Shown in pieces: positions 48,633-57,501 of a stretch of DNA of 64,000 nucleotides (position 1 is the first letter of the stretch; each line of letters opens with the position of its first letter). Position numbers and translations under genes: made by a program. The stretch covers positions 4,401-68,400 of the forward strand of contig CALWVW010000001.1 in NCBI GenBank assembly GCA_944385075.1, given 5' to 3'. Source of the stretch: an uncultured Oscillospiraceae bacterium. Lineage in GTDB: Bacteria > Bacillota > Clostridia > Oscillospirales > Oscillospiraceae. Under the pieces are notes generated by a model. It did not search any database and had not been told where the DNA came from. It saw nothing but the letters and a program-made list of their open reading frames with translations.

Positions 48633-49369
48633 TGCGGAAGGAGACCGATCTTGCCAGGGTAAAGTCGATTGCCCATGTACTCCTCGATATGCCAATCGCG
48701 CAAACTTCATTTTCGCCGGCTATTGTCAGCCACCCATTTACAAGCACCGGGATCACCGCCACTCAGAACGAGGATGGCAGCTTCTCCATGGTCGACCTGC
48801 TCAACAAGGAAGAAGACCTCGCCACGTGGCGTGAGATGGTGGGCAAACAGATCGACAGTGCTGAAAATGCCGCCCAGGTCTTTTTCCTCCTGAACAAGCC
48901 CTATTATCTGACCTTTCTCAAATTTACCGCTCCCGTTCTCTCTCGGGAGGATCTGGGCCAATTGCTGGCTCACGCATGGATCCTGGAGGAATGCCCTAAC
49001 CAAGACCGCAATGTCAGCAAAAGAGAACTGCTGGCTCTATTCCGCTCCGTCCCGCCGGAGTTTCTGATGGACGAGGAGGAGCGCGCGGCGTATCGCTCTC
49101 TGGACGATCCCGTGGCCGTCTATCGGGGCGTGACCTCCTACAACGCCAAAAATATCAAAGCACTGTCCTGGACGCTGGATTGGGAGACCGCAGAGTGGTT
49201 CGCCCACCGCTTCGGTGAGGAGGGCACCGTCTACGAGGCCCAGATCCCGAAGAAATACATCCTCGCCTTTTTCAACGGCAGGAACGAATCAGAAGTTGTG
49301 GTAGTCCCCAAATATCTGGAACAGATCATGGAGTCCCCAGAGCCGGAGATGGGGATGCGGATGACCTGA
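48632..49369 (+). CDS. putative ADP-ribosyltransferase (R-S-E type), tag EMGMRMT
   Basis: VYRG (YRG at 49121), SWT (49166), ESEVVV (49286) in canonical order; TGATG coupling to upstream gene. Confidence 0.6.
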   Translation: MRKETDLARVKSIAHVLLDMPIAQTSFSPAIVSHPFTSTGITATQNEDGSFSMVDLLNKEEDLATWREMVGKQIDSAENAAQVFFLLNKPYYLTFLKFTAPVLSREDLGQLLAHAWILEECPNQDRNVSKRELLALFRSVPPEFLMDEEERAAYRSLDDPVAVYRGVTSYNAKNIKALSWTLDWETAEWFAHRFGEEGTVYEAQIPKKYILAFFNGRNESEVVVVPKYLEQIMESPEPEMGMRMT

Positions 49370-49444
49370 ATTTTCTCTATCATTTGTAGTAGACTTTCCC
49401 AACAGGGTGTGGTATTTGTTGTGTTCACAGAACGGAGGTGTAAC

Positions 49445-49993
49445 ATGAACGGTGAAAAAGCAATTACCCGAACTCAATTCCTGAAAAACGCGGCGAAGGA
49501 ACTGCTTGCGGACGGCGAACCTCACTCCTATGGCGAGCTTGTACAGTTTATCCGCAAGCGGGCGGAAGGGACCTGCCTGGAAGGGCGCATTGAGGTCAAC
49601 AATGTCTGGCATTCGATGCGCAGTTTGATGGAGGAGCCCGGATCTCCCTATCAAAAGGTCCAGTGGGGGATTTACCAGAAAGACCCGCCCCAGAGCATGG
49701 CCGCCGGGCCAGTGTTGGAGCCCCCTGACGGCCTAAGCGAAATTTATCAGATCATGGATCAAGCGGTCAGCATTCTGGATCAGTTCGAGAACTGCTGTTC
49801 CAGAGTACAGGAAGACACACAGTTGGCCGGTGATGAGAGATTTGCCGCAATTCGACAACAGATTATGCAGAGCCTGGACACTGCTGTGACTGGGTTGAGC
49901 TGCTGGGCCGCGGAGCTGGAGGATCTGAGAGAAAAACAAGAATCAGATTTGGAGCACCATAGAGGGCTGGACGGTATGTCCCTGTCCATGTAG
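49445..49993 (+). CDS. hypothetical protein with possible N-terminal winged HTH, tag DGMSLSM
   Basis: GGAGG RBS; ELLADGEPHSYGELVQFI...QWGIYQ. Confidence 0.7.
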   Translation: MNGEKAITRTQFLKNAAKELLADGEPHSYGELVQFIRKRAEGTCLEGRIEVNNVWHSMRSLMEEPGSPYQKVQWGIYQKDPPQSMAAGPVLEPPDGLSEIYQIMDQAVSILDQFENCCSRVQEDTQLAGDERFAAIRQQIMQSLDTAVTGLSCWAAELEDLREKQESDLEHHRGLDGMSLSM

Positions 49994-50026
49994 CTGATCA
50001 CATTAGAACGAAAGGTGACAAATATC

Positions 50027-51046
50027 ATGAGAAAAGAATCCTTTGACCTGCGGCCCGCTTTCGTCGAGGAGGCGGGTTTGTTCTATTCCAACGAGGATCA
50101 GGATACGGCGCTGGGCACCGTGGGCCATCTCCGCATGGATTTCGGTTCCGGCGGGAAGGGCTTCTATCACACCTGGTGGCCCCACAACGGCGACCGCTTC
50201 AACACGACGGAATTCAAGGAGGCCCTGCAGGAATTTGTGGACGCCATGCGGCAGAACGGCCCGCTGAAGGACTTAGCAACTATGAGCTCCTACTGCTGGC
50301 GCAACGGAGGTGAACTCACGAAAAATGACCGCGTCTACGGTTTCATCGCGGAGACGGAGCAATACCGCTTCTGCCTGCGCTGCACCCCCAGGCCAGGGGA
50401 CTACCAAGGCTATTTGTATGCCTACGACCTCCGACAGCAGGAGCTGGCCCGGCAGAACAGGTTGGTGGGACGGGTGACCTTCGCCAGCGGAGAGAAACAG
50501 GAGTTCACCGATGCCGGGCAGTACCTCCAGACCATTCGGGAGGAGCTACCCTACCGGGACACCACGGGTTTCCGGTATGAGACCCTGACAAACGATCCCC
50601 AGGTGCGGAAAGCGGTAGACGACGTCCTGCTGGACTTCGCTGGGGAGGAGAATCCTCGCCGGGCCTGTAACTACGGACTGACGGAGGCCGGAAAGCAGGC
50701 CCTGCGGGATGCCGCCGATCCCAATAAGCCACACACCTACGCCTGGTTCGTGCTCACCGACTGCGGCGCCCCGGAGGAGCAGATCCACCGGGATCTGACG
50801 ATGGAGGAGGCGATCCAGCTCTACCGCGACAGCGACCGTCTGGAGAAACGGCTGGGTGTCAGCAAGGACGGCATTGCCACGGTGGACCTGGTGCGCTCCC
50901 TGGATGGGGAACAGCAGTTCTTCGATGACTGCCGCAGACTGGAGAGTTTCCGGGATGATCCGGTAGTTGCGGGCGCAGTGGAAACGCTCCATCAGGAGCT
51001 GGAGCAGACAGCGTCCCAAGAGGATATTACGATGGGAGGAATGTAG
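50027..51046 (+). CDS. multi-domain hypothetical ICE protein, tag ITMGGM
   Basis: GHLRMDFG..G..FYHTWW module; GAAAGGTG RBS. Confidence 0.8.
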   Translation: MRKESFDLRPAFVEEAGLFYSNEDQDTALGTVGHLRMDFGSGGKGFYHTWWPHNGDRFNTTEFKEALQEFVDAMRQNGPLKDLATMSSYCWRNGGELTKNDRVYGFIAETEQYRFCLRCTPRPGDYQGYLYAYDLRQQELARQNRLVGRVTFASGEKQEFTDAGQYLQTIREELPYRDTTGFRYETLTNDPQVRKAVDDVLLDFAGEENPRRACNYGLTEAGKQALRDAADPNKPHTYAWFVLTDCGAPEEQIHRDLTMEEAIQLYRDSDRLEKRLGVSKDGIATVDLVRSLDGEQQFFDDCRRLESFRDDPVVAGAVETLHQELEQTASQEDITMGGM

Positions 51047-51047
51047 C

Positions 51048-52040
51048 ATGCGCGCAGTGCCAATAGAGTGGCTGGAGTTTCTGCGGGAGCAGTACCCCGT
51101 GGGTAGCCGTATCCAGCTGAAAGAGATGGGAAATGACCTGAACCCCATTCCGCCCGGCTCCATGGGAACCCTGAAAGCCATCGATGACCTGGGCACCTTC
51201 CATGTGAAGTGGGACAACGGCCGGGAGCTGAGGGTGGTCATCGGGGAAGATCGGTTTACCGTCCACCCCCCGGAGCCCACCCTGCTGAAACTCTATATGC
51301 CCCTGACCGCCGACTTCTATCCCCGAGACGAGTGGGGCGACATGTCCGAGGAGGGCGAGGAGTGGGACAGCCGGACGCTGCTGGACTATGAAGCTCAGAT
51401 CCTGGGGGCTCTGGTCAAAGAGCGGATGCCGGAGGAGAAAGAGCGCGGCCTGATGCACTGGTATGGCAAGCAGGACAGCGTTGATTCCAAGGTGCGCTCA
51501 GCGGTATTCACCGTGGAGGAGAAGAACGGCCAACTCTGGGGCGTGGCGGAATGCCAGGTCGTCGGGGAACTCTCCCCGGAGGAGTTGTCCACCCTGAAAG
51601 ACTACATCACCGGCCAGGCGTCGGACGGCTGGGGTGAGGGCTTTGAACAGCGGGAAATCCGGGTGGACGGCGGTGAGCTGTATGTTCACCTCTGGAGTTT
51701 TGATGACAGCTGGAACATCCAGACCGAGCAGGAGCGGTTTACACCCAAGGTCGCTGAGGGCCTGCCGGAGCTGTGCTTCTCCACCCTGCGAACCACCGGA
51801 CAGCTCATCTGTATCAAGCGGGGCGAGTCCGGCTACTACCCCTCCGATTGGGACACCGGAGACAAGGAGCGGAATGTGGAGCTGGCGGACGAGCTGAACG
51901 AGAACCTGGGCGTCACCCCTGCCCAGCGGCAGGCCATGGAGATCGGGAGCATGGTGGGCTGGGACGTGCCCGGGGCTGACCCCGGCAACTACGAAATTCA
52001 GAGAGAAGGACCGGAGGAAGGAGGGATGACCCTTGGATAA
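51048..52040 (+). CDS. DUF4314-domain multi-domain protein, tag EEGGMTLG
   Basis: YPVGSRIQL..M..D..PIPPG..GT...IDDLG..HV.WDNG. Confidence 0.8.
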   Translation: MRAVPIEWLEFLREQYPVGSRIQLKEMGNDLNPIPPGSMGTLKAIDDLGTFHVKWDNGRELRVVIGEDRFTVHPPEPTLLKLYMPLTADFYPRDEWGDMSEEGEEWDSRTLLDYEAQILGALVKERMPEEKERGLMHWYGKQDSVDSKVRSAVFTVEEKNGQLWGVAECQVVGELSPEELSTLKDYITGQASDGWGEGFEQREIRVDGGELYVHLWSFDDSWNIQTEQERFTPKVAEGLPELCFSTLRTTGQLICIKRGESGYYPSDWDTGDKERNVELADELNENLGVTPAQRQAMEIGSMVGWDVPGADPGNYEIQREGPEEGGMTLG

Positions 52041-53280
52041 GGAGATCTTCGAGGTGGAGGTCAGCAATGGCAGTTCAGAGGGCTATCAAACCTCCACGGT
52101 GCTGACGATGCCGTGTACCCAGGCGGAGCTTTGTGACGCGCTCCAGAAGGCCCGTGTCCAGGACGTCAAAACTTGCCGCAATGAGCTGACCAGGATCCGC
52201 TATCCCGGTATCACAGCGGATATGATCGGTCGGAATGTGGATCTGCTGGAGTTGAACCTGCTGGCCCTCCGGCTGACCATGCTGGGTGAGGATGACCGGA
52301 TGGGGCTGGACGGCCTGCTCCAGATCGAGAAGGAAAACCACACTGCTCCCTTTCCCCTCTCCCGCCTCATCAACCTGACCTTCAATGCGGATATCTGCCT
52401 TCTGGCGCCCCAAGTCTCCGACACGCAGGAGCTTGGGGCGCTTTTGTATGAGAGCGAGATGCTGTCGGATGAGGCCATGGCCCTGGCGGACACCATGGAG
52501 GACAGCGATTTCCGGGAGAGATTGCTGGAGCTGCTGGGGGAACAGCACCAGGAGGAGCACGGCGGCGTCTTCACCAGTTGGGGCTACGCGGAGCCGGGCG
52601 GTGACTTCAAAGAGGTATATCGGAAGGGTGAAATGTTCTGTTTCTCCCGCCCCAGCGCCCCGGTGGTGCTGGAGGTGAGCAAGGGATTTTTCAGCGATCC
52701 CAGCTATGACAATGACAAAACCGCCATCCTGAACCTCCCCGCCTCGGACGCAGACATCTGGCGGGCGGTGGGAGAGGTGGACGCAGCCTCGTTGGAGGAG
52801 TGCGCCTTCCGCTGTATCGACTGCGAGATCCCCGCTCTGCGGGACGCCATTGACAATGCCATCGACCAGGAGGGCGGCATTGATATGGCCAGCGAATTCG
52901 CAAAGGCGCTTGCCCAAAAGCAACGTGCCTGGGAAGAAACGGACTGGATCAAATACAAGGCCCTGCTGTCTGTGGCCGGACATCCTAGCCTGCAGGACGC
53001 TCTCCAGCTCATGCACGGCCTGGACGATTACGATCTCCGTCCAGAGGTGGCAGAGACCTGGGATTATGCGGCGGCGGTCCTACGGGAGAAGTACCCGGAT
53101 CTGCCGGAGGAGCTGTTTCAGACACCCCAGGCCGCTATGGTTGGACGGCAGATGCTGGAGGAGAACCACGCAGTCATCACCGACTACGGACTGCTCCGGC
53201 GGAGGGACAGCGGCCAACTGCCAGTATTCCGGCAGGAGCAAACGGACGCCCCCGCCTGGGGCGGAATGGAGATGACATGA
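52033..53280 (+). CDS. ArdA-like acidic protein, tag WGGMEMT
   Basis: LLELNLLA.RL...LINLTFN module shared with the 47424 protein; TTG start. Confidence 0.65.
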   Translation: MDKEIFEVEVSNGSSEGYQTSTVLTMPCTQAELCDALQKARVQDVKTCRNELTRIRYPGITADMIGRNVDLLELNLLALRLTMLGEDDRMGLDGLLQIEKENHTAPFPLSRLINLTFNADICLLAPQVSDTQELGALLYESEMLSDEAMALADTMEDSDFRERLLELLGEQHQEEHGGVFTSWGYAEPGGDFKEVYRKGEMFCFSRPSAPVVLEVSKGFFSDPSYDNDKTAILNLPASDADIWRAVGEVDAASLEECAFRCIDCEIPALRDAIDNAIDQEGGIDMASEFAKALAQKQRAWEETDWIKYKALLSVAGHPSLQDALQLMHGLDDYDLRPEVAETWDYAAAVLREKYPDLPEELFQTPQAAMVGRQMLEENHAVITDYGLLRRRDSGQLPVFRQEQTDAPAWGGMEMT

Positions 53281-54338
53281 TGGAGAACAAAGGTTTGGAG
53301 CGCCAGTGGCTCATAGAACGGCTGGAGACGCTGTCGGTGAAAGAGCAGGCCCAACTTGCGGCGGCCATCATATCCAGAGACCAGCTGAAGGCGCTGTCTG
53401 AAAAGACCGGCGAGGAACGGGAGCTGGCGGTCCGGAAGATGGACCCGAATACGGCAAAGGAGGCCGTCAACCTCCTGCTGGCTCTCCCGGACTACGAGGT
53501 GATCTGCCCGGCGGGAAGCTACGAACAGCTGGGGAAATATTACCTGCGGTACGAGGCCGGTCAGCCGGACCTCATCCCCTACGCAAATCTGGAACAGATC
53601 GGATGGAACTATGAGGACAGCCACCTGGGGATCTTCGTGGGAGACTGCTTTGTGGTGCTCCCGAGGCAGGAACCCAGGCAATTCTACGATGGGACCAATT
53701 TGGACCAGTTGCCGGATACCGACTGGAGCCTGCGGCTGAAGCTGGCCTCCCCCGCCGTGCCGGAGGGCGTCTGGCTGTGCCTGCCGGACAGCACCATCGA
53801 CGAGGAGGAGCGGATGGACGAGATCCGGCTGGCCCTGCGGGAGCTGAAAGTCAAAACAGTTCAGGAGTGTTGGCTACTTGAAGTCCGGTGCTCCCTTGCG
53901 GAGCTGTCCGTCGGCCTGGACGAGTACCAGGATCTGACGGACCTGATCTACGACGGCAACGACCTGGGGTATGTGCTCCAGGAGCAGGGCCAGGGGGAGC
54001 CGCATTTTCTGGAGAAGTTCCGGGCGGCGCTGGAGTATGAGCAGTGCCATGATCTGAAGCTGGCGCTGGACATCGCGGCGAACCTGAACTGCTACGACTA
54101 CTGCCCGGTCTCCGAAACAGAGCAATTTGGAGAGGAGGTGCTGCAAAAGCAGGGTGAAACGGTGTTCCGGGACCCTGTTCTGCAAGGGGGCATCGACCTG
54201 AAAGCGTATGGGGAGGCCCAGCTGGAGCAGCAGGGCTATCTCCTCAACACCGCCGAGACTGGATACATCCGCCGCAACGGACAGGAGTTCCACCATGAGC
54301 GCACGGAGCCTCAGCCGGAGTTTGGCATGACTATGTGA
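53277..54338 (+). CDS. ArdA-like acidic protein, tag PEFGMTM
   Basis: YEQLGKYYL...PYANLEQIG and IDLKAYGE....TGYI modules. Confidence 0.65.
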   Translation: MMENKGLERQWLIERLETLSVKEQAQLAAAIISRDQLKALSEKTGEERELAVRKMDPNTAKEAVNLLLALPDYEVICPAGSYEQLGKYYLRYEAGQPDLIPYANLEQIGWNYEDSHLGIFVGDCFVVLPRQEPRQFYDGTNLDQLPDTDWSLRLKLASPAVPEGVWLCLPDSTIDEEERMDEIRLALRELKVKTVQECWLLEVRCSLAELSVGLDEYQDLTDLIYDGNDLGYVLQEQGQGEPHFLEKFRAALEYEQCHDLKLALDIAANLNCYDYCPVSETEQFGEEVLQKQGETVFRDPVLQGGIDLKAYGEAQLEQQGYLLNTAETGYIRRNGQEFHHERTEPQPEFGMTM

Positions 54339-54353
54339 TCAATATGATGAAAC

Positions 54354-54396
54354 AGGGGCCGTTTTCCCGAGAGGGCAGACGGCCCCTTCTTTTTTT
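54354..54396 (+). terminator. intra-element terminator
   Basis: AGGGGCCGT/ACGGCCCCT stem + T run. Confidence 0.75.
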
Positions 54397-54437
54397 GCGC
54401 CCTTTTTCGGGAAAGCAGGTCCCGGAAAGGAAAAAAG

Positions 54438-54740
54438 ATGACACGTAAAGATCAATTACTGGGCTACCTGGAGGGCGCCTGCCGCGGCCGCGCCTACCGA
54501 GTTGGAGGAAAGGAACTGGAACTCGCCCTGAACATCAGCGGCACAGATCTGCGAAAGTTGGTGAACAAACTGCGTCAGGAAACGGAACCCATCGCCAGCG
54601 ATCAAACCGGTTATTTCTACGCTGACAATGCCGGCGATATCTACGCTACTATCCGGCATTTGCGGAAGATGCGCGACGGCATCGACGCGGCGATCCGAGG
54701 GCTGGAACAGTCGCTGGATAAGTTCCCTGTCGGGAGGTGA
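54438..54740 (+). CDS. small winged-HTH protein
   Basis: GKELELALNISGTDLRKLVNKLR...PIAS...GYFYA. Confidence 0.75.
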   Translation: MTRKDQLLGYLEGACRGRAYRVGGKELELALNISGTDLRKLVNKLRQETEPIASDQTGYFYADNAGDIYATIRHLRKMRDGIDAAIRGLEQSLDKFPVGR

Positions 54741-54747
54741 GGCAGAG

Positions 54748-55713
54748 ATGGCTAAGCCTCTATTTCCCTGGATGGGAAACAAGGAAAAACTGGCGCCCCA
54801 CATCCAAAAAATGATTCCCCCTGGCCTGACGCAGTTTGCGGAGATCTTCGGCGGCAGCGGCGCCATGGTGCTTGCACTCAAGCCTAAGCGTGGGCGGCTG
54901 GATATCTACAATGATTTGAATAATAACCTATTCAATGTGTTTTGCTGTATCAAGGAAAAGCCTGCCGCGCTGTGCAAGGAATTGAAGTTCTTTCCGATTC
55001 ACGGCAGAGAGGCATTCGCTTTCTTCCGGGACATTCTTTCCCATGAGCCGGACTATTACCTGCACATCCAGGAAGAAAAGGGTGTCATCCGACAGGAGGC
55101 CTGCTTTTCAGAGCAAGAGGTGGCAGAATTGTTGGCCATCCTGGATGGCAGAGCAGAACTGTTCGATGTACAGCGGGCGGTCGCATTCCTTTTGGCCCAA
55201 CACGGCAGCTTCAGCGGTACCGGGAACTCAGTAGGAGTCAAAACCATTGATGTCGGTGCAATCGTCAGCCGCTTTCCAGCGGTATCAAAGCGTATAGAAA
55301 CCGTCTTTCTGGAGAATCAGGACGCAATGGAGCTGATCTCCAAACGGGATATCCCTACCGGTCTGATCTATGCTGATCCACCCTATGTAGATGCAGAGCG
55401 ATGCTATGATGTTTGTTTTCCCCGCGAAAACCACATCCTCCTGCGGGACAAGCTGATCTCCTGCCGGGGAAAAGTAATTCTCTCCTATAACAACTGCCCC
55501 TTTGTTTGGGATCTGTATCGGGACAGGTTTTACATCTTTAGTCTGATTCGGGAAAATCCCTTAGCGCAGGCAAAGGCAGCCACCTACCGGGAATTGATCC
55601 TCACCAACTACGACCCCAGGCCCTATATGGAGGATCAGCTGGATCTCTTTACGCCCAGTGACGGGCAGAAGTGGATACCGATCCTTCTCCACGCACCAGG
55701 TAATATCGCATAA
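54748..55713 (+). CDS. orphan DNA adenine methyltransferase (Dam/D12 class)
   Basis: PWMGNK, EIFGGSG (motif I), YNDLN, YADPPY (motif IV), ILSYN. Confidence 0.88.
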   Translation: MAKPLFPWMGNKEKLAPHIQKMIPPGLTQFAEIFGGSGAMVLALKPKRGRLDIYNDLNNNLFNVFCCIKEKPAALCKELKFFPIHGREAFAFFRDILSHEPDYYLHIQEEKGVIRQEACFSEQEVAELLAILDGRAELFDVQRAVAFLLAQHGSFSGTGNSVGVKTIDVGAIVSRFPAVSKRIETVFLENQDAMELISKRDIPTGLIYADPPYVDAERCYDVCFPRENHILLRDKLISCRGKVILSYNNCPFVWDLYRDRFYIFSLIRENPLAQAKAATYRELILTNYDPRPYMEDQLDLFTPSDGQKWIPILLHAPGNIA

Positions 55714-55740
55714 CAATACAAGCTATGGAGGTAATTTGTA

Positions 55741-56109
55741 ATGAAATTTATACTGCATCGTGACCCTGACAGTAAAAGTCAAAAGATACCCTATGCCGCT
55801 CTGCAAATTTCAGCTCTGGCGGGAGCTGCAGAACTGGCGGTTGAGGCCGGGAACGGCTACATCCTCGTCTGCCGGAATGAATTGACGGTCCGGGAAGCGG
55901 TGAGTACCATTGCCCACCTCAACGCCGTCGTTGACAGCCTGATGGAGGAGCTGGTGAGCGCCAGTAGGGAAGCAGCCGGAGAACTGGAAGATGATCCAGA
56001 TCCCTTAGATGAATTGGACGAGGAGGTGCTGGATGATCTGCTGGCCTACGGTGCGGACTCGGAAGGTCTGCGCTTCCTTCTGGAGATGGAGGCGCTTGCG
56101 GATGAATGA
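55741..56109 (+). CDS. hypothetical protein (weakly AbrB-like N-terminus, acidic tail)
   Basis: GGAGG RBS; KIPYAALQIS.L....L.VEAG.GYILV. Confidence 0.65.
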   Translation: MKFILHRDPDSKSQKIPYAALQISALAGAAELAVEAGNGYILVCRNELTVREAVSTIAHLNAVVDSLMEELVSASREAAGELEDDPDPLDELDEEVLDDLLAYGADSEGLRFLLEMEALADE

Positions 56110-56839
56110 TGTTTATCTTTATCCTTACTCTGCGGAGGAGGCCCGCCGCCGGGATGAGCTGTCCTTGTGGCGGGCCAGCTATCAGGAGAACATCGCCTGC
56201 AAGATTGCCATTGAGGAGGCTGTCAGACGGCACTACGATGGCGCTCATCTGGATAGGGACTGTCTGACTGGGGTTCTCCAGGAGTTCGGTTATAAACGGA
56301 CGGCCTGGGTGCTGGCTAATACGATCCAGCAAAAAGAGTGGGACGGACGATTCAGTCCCAGGAATAGAGCATGGGCCGGCCAGACCTACATTCCACTGGA
56401 TCAGTGGCATAACCTGGACTTCATTGTGACCACTCACCCTGCCATACTGGATGGAGTAGTGGATCAGTACCATGCCGCGTATCAGAGGCTGGAACTCTTC
56501 GGTCCCAGCCACTGCGAACCAGACTCCTTCGAGAAACTGGACTACGAAGGCAAGGTGCTGGTGCTCTCCCCGGACACCCTGAAGGAGTCCTGCTGGTCGC
56601 CTCAGAATCAGCTCTGGTACGCCCATGACGGCTTCGGGTGCAGCCCCACCGCCATCGGCCGCTCCGTCCGCTGCACCTGCCTGGGGGATGGGGAGATGAC
56701 CCGCTGGAACCGGGCTGACTTTATCGGCGTGCTGAAGGAGGAATTCCTCCCGGCTTGGGCAGAGGAAAAGCTCATGGAGCTGAAAGGCCAGGAACAAAGC
56801 GACGTATCTCCCGCGATGGGCGGGATGACCATGGAATGA
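56102..56839 (+). CDS. DUF3849-domain protein, tag AMGGMTME
   Basis: LYPYS..EA....E..LWRAS...N.ACK.AIE, VLANTIQ...WDGRFS..N..WA. Confidence 0.8.
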   Translation: MNDVYLYPYSAEEARRRDELSLWRASYQENIACKIAIEEAVRRHYDGAHLDRDCLTGVLQEFGYKRTAWVLANTIQQKEWDGRFSPRNRAWAGQTYIPLDQWHNLDFIVTTHPAILDGVVDQYHAAYQRLELFGPSHCEPDSFEKLDYEGKVLVLSPDTLKESCWSPQNQLWYAHDGFGCSPTAIGRSVRCTCLGDGEMTRWNRADFIGVLKEEFLPAWAEEKLMELKGQEQSDVSPAMGGMTME

Positions 56840-56853
56840 GGTGATCCGCAGCG

Positions 56854-57501
56854 ATGAACATTTCCTATTACACCATCGACGACCTGCGCCTGCCGGCCAA
56901 GCGCCCCCTGCGGAAAGGCCGGAGTGTGGAGCAGTTCCCCACTCTGGAGGAGGCCCTGGCCCGCTACCGCGCCCTGCCCGCCGCAGGCATCCGGGCGCTT
57001 GGGCTCACGGATGGCGTCCATGTCCTGGAGCTGGTGAAGTGCCTGCCCCTGTTCCCGGATGACCGAGAGGGTGAGAACGTGCTGGCCTCGGACTACCGGC
57101 AGTTCCCCCTGTGGGCCCAGGAGCCGGAAGCGGTCAAAGCCGCCGTCACCTGCACAGCCGCCCTTGGCCTGCGCTATCGTGTCAAAGGCAATGTGATCGA
57201 ACCGATCCCATCCCCGGAGGGGCTCCCCCAGGAGCTCCAGGGGAAATTTTTGTGGCTGAACCTATCCGGTGAGGCCCAGTCCGCCATCCATCAGGTCTAT
57301 GTGGCCGGAACCGGCTGGGTGTCCCCCAGCGTCCTGCACCGCAAGGCTGACCCCATGCCGCTGGTGCTGAAGTACCGGGCGGACGGGATCACCGAGCAGG
57401 GCGCCTACCTCTCTTTGGAGGTGGAACCTTGGGAATACGACCTGCTGGCGCTCCGTACTCTGGAGCGGCTACAAAAAGAGAAAAGGAGAAGTGAAAGATG
57501 A
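56854..57501 (+). CDS. hypothetical protein
   Basis: GAGGTGA RBS, 215-aa ORF, basic C-terminus. Confidence 0.75.
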   Translation: MNISYYTIDDLRLPAKRPLRKGRSVEQFPTLEEALARYRALPAAGIRALGLTDGVHVLELVKCLPLFPDDREGENVLASDYRQFPLWAQEPEAVKAAVTCTAALGLRYRVKGNVIEPIPSPEGLPQELQGKFLWLNLSGEAQSAIHQVYVAGTGWVSPSVLHRKADPMPLVLKYRADGITEQGAYLSLEVEPWEYDLLALRTLERLQKEKRRSER

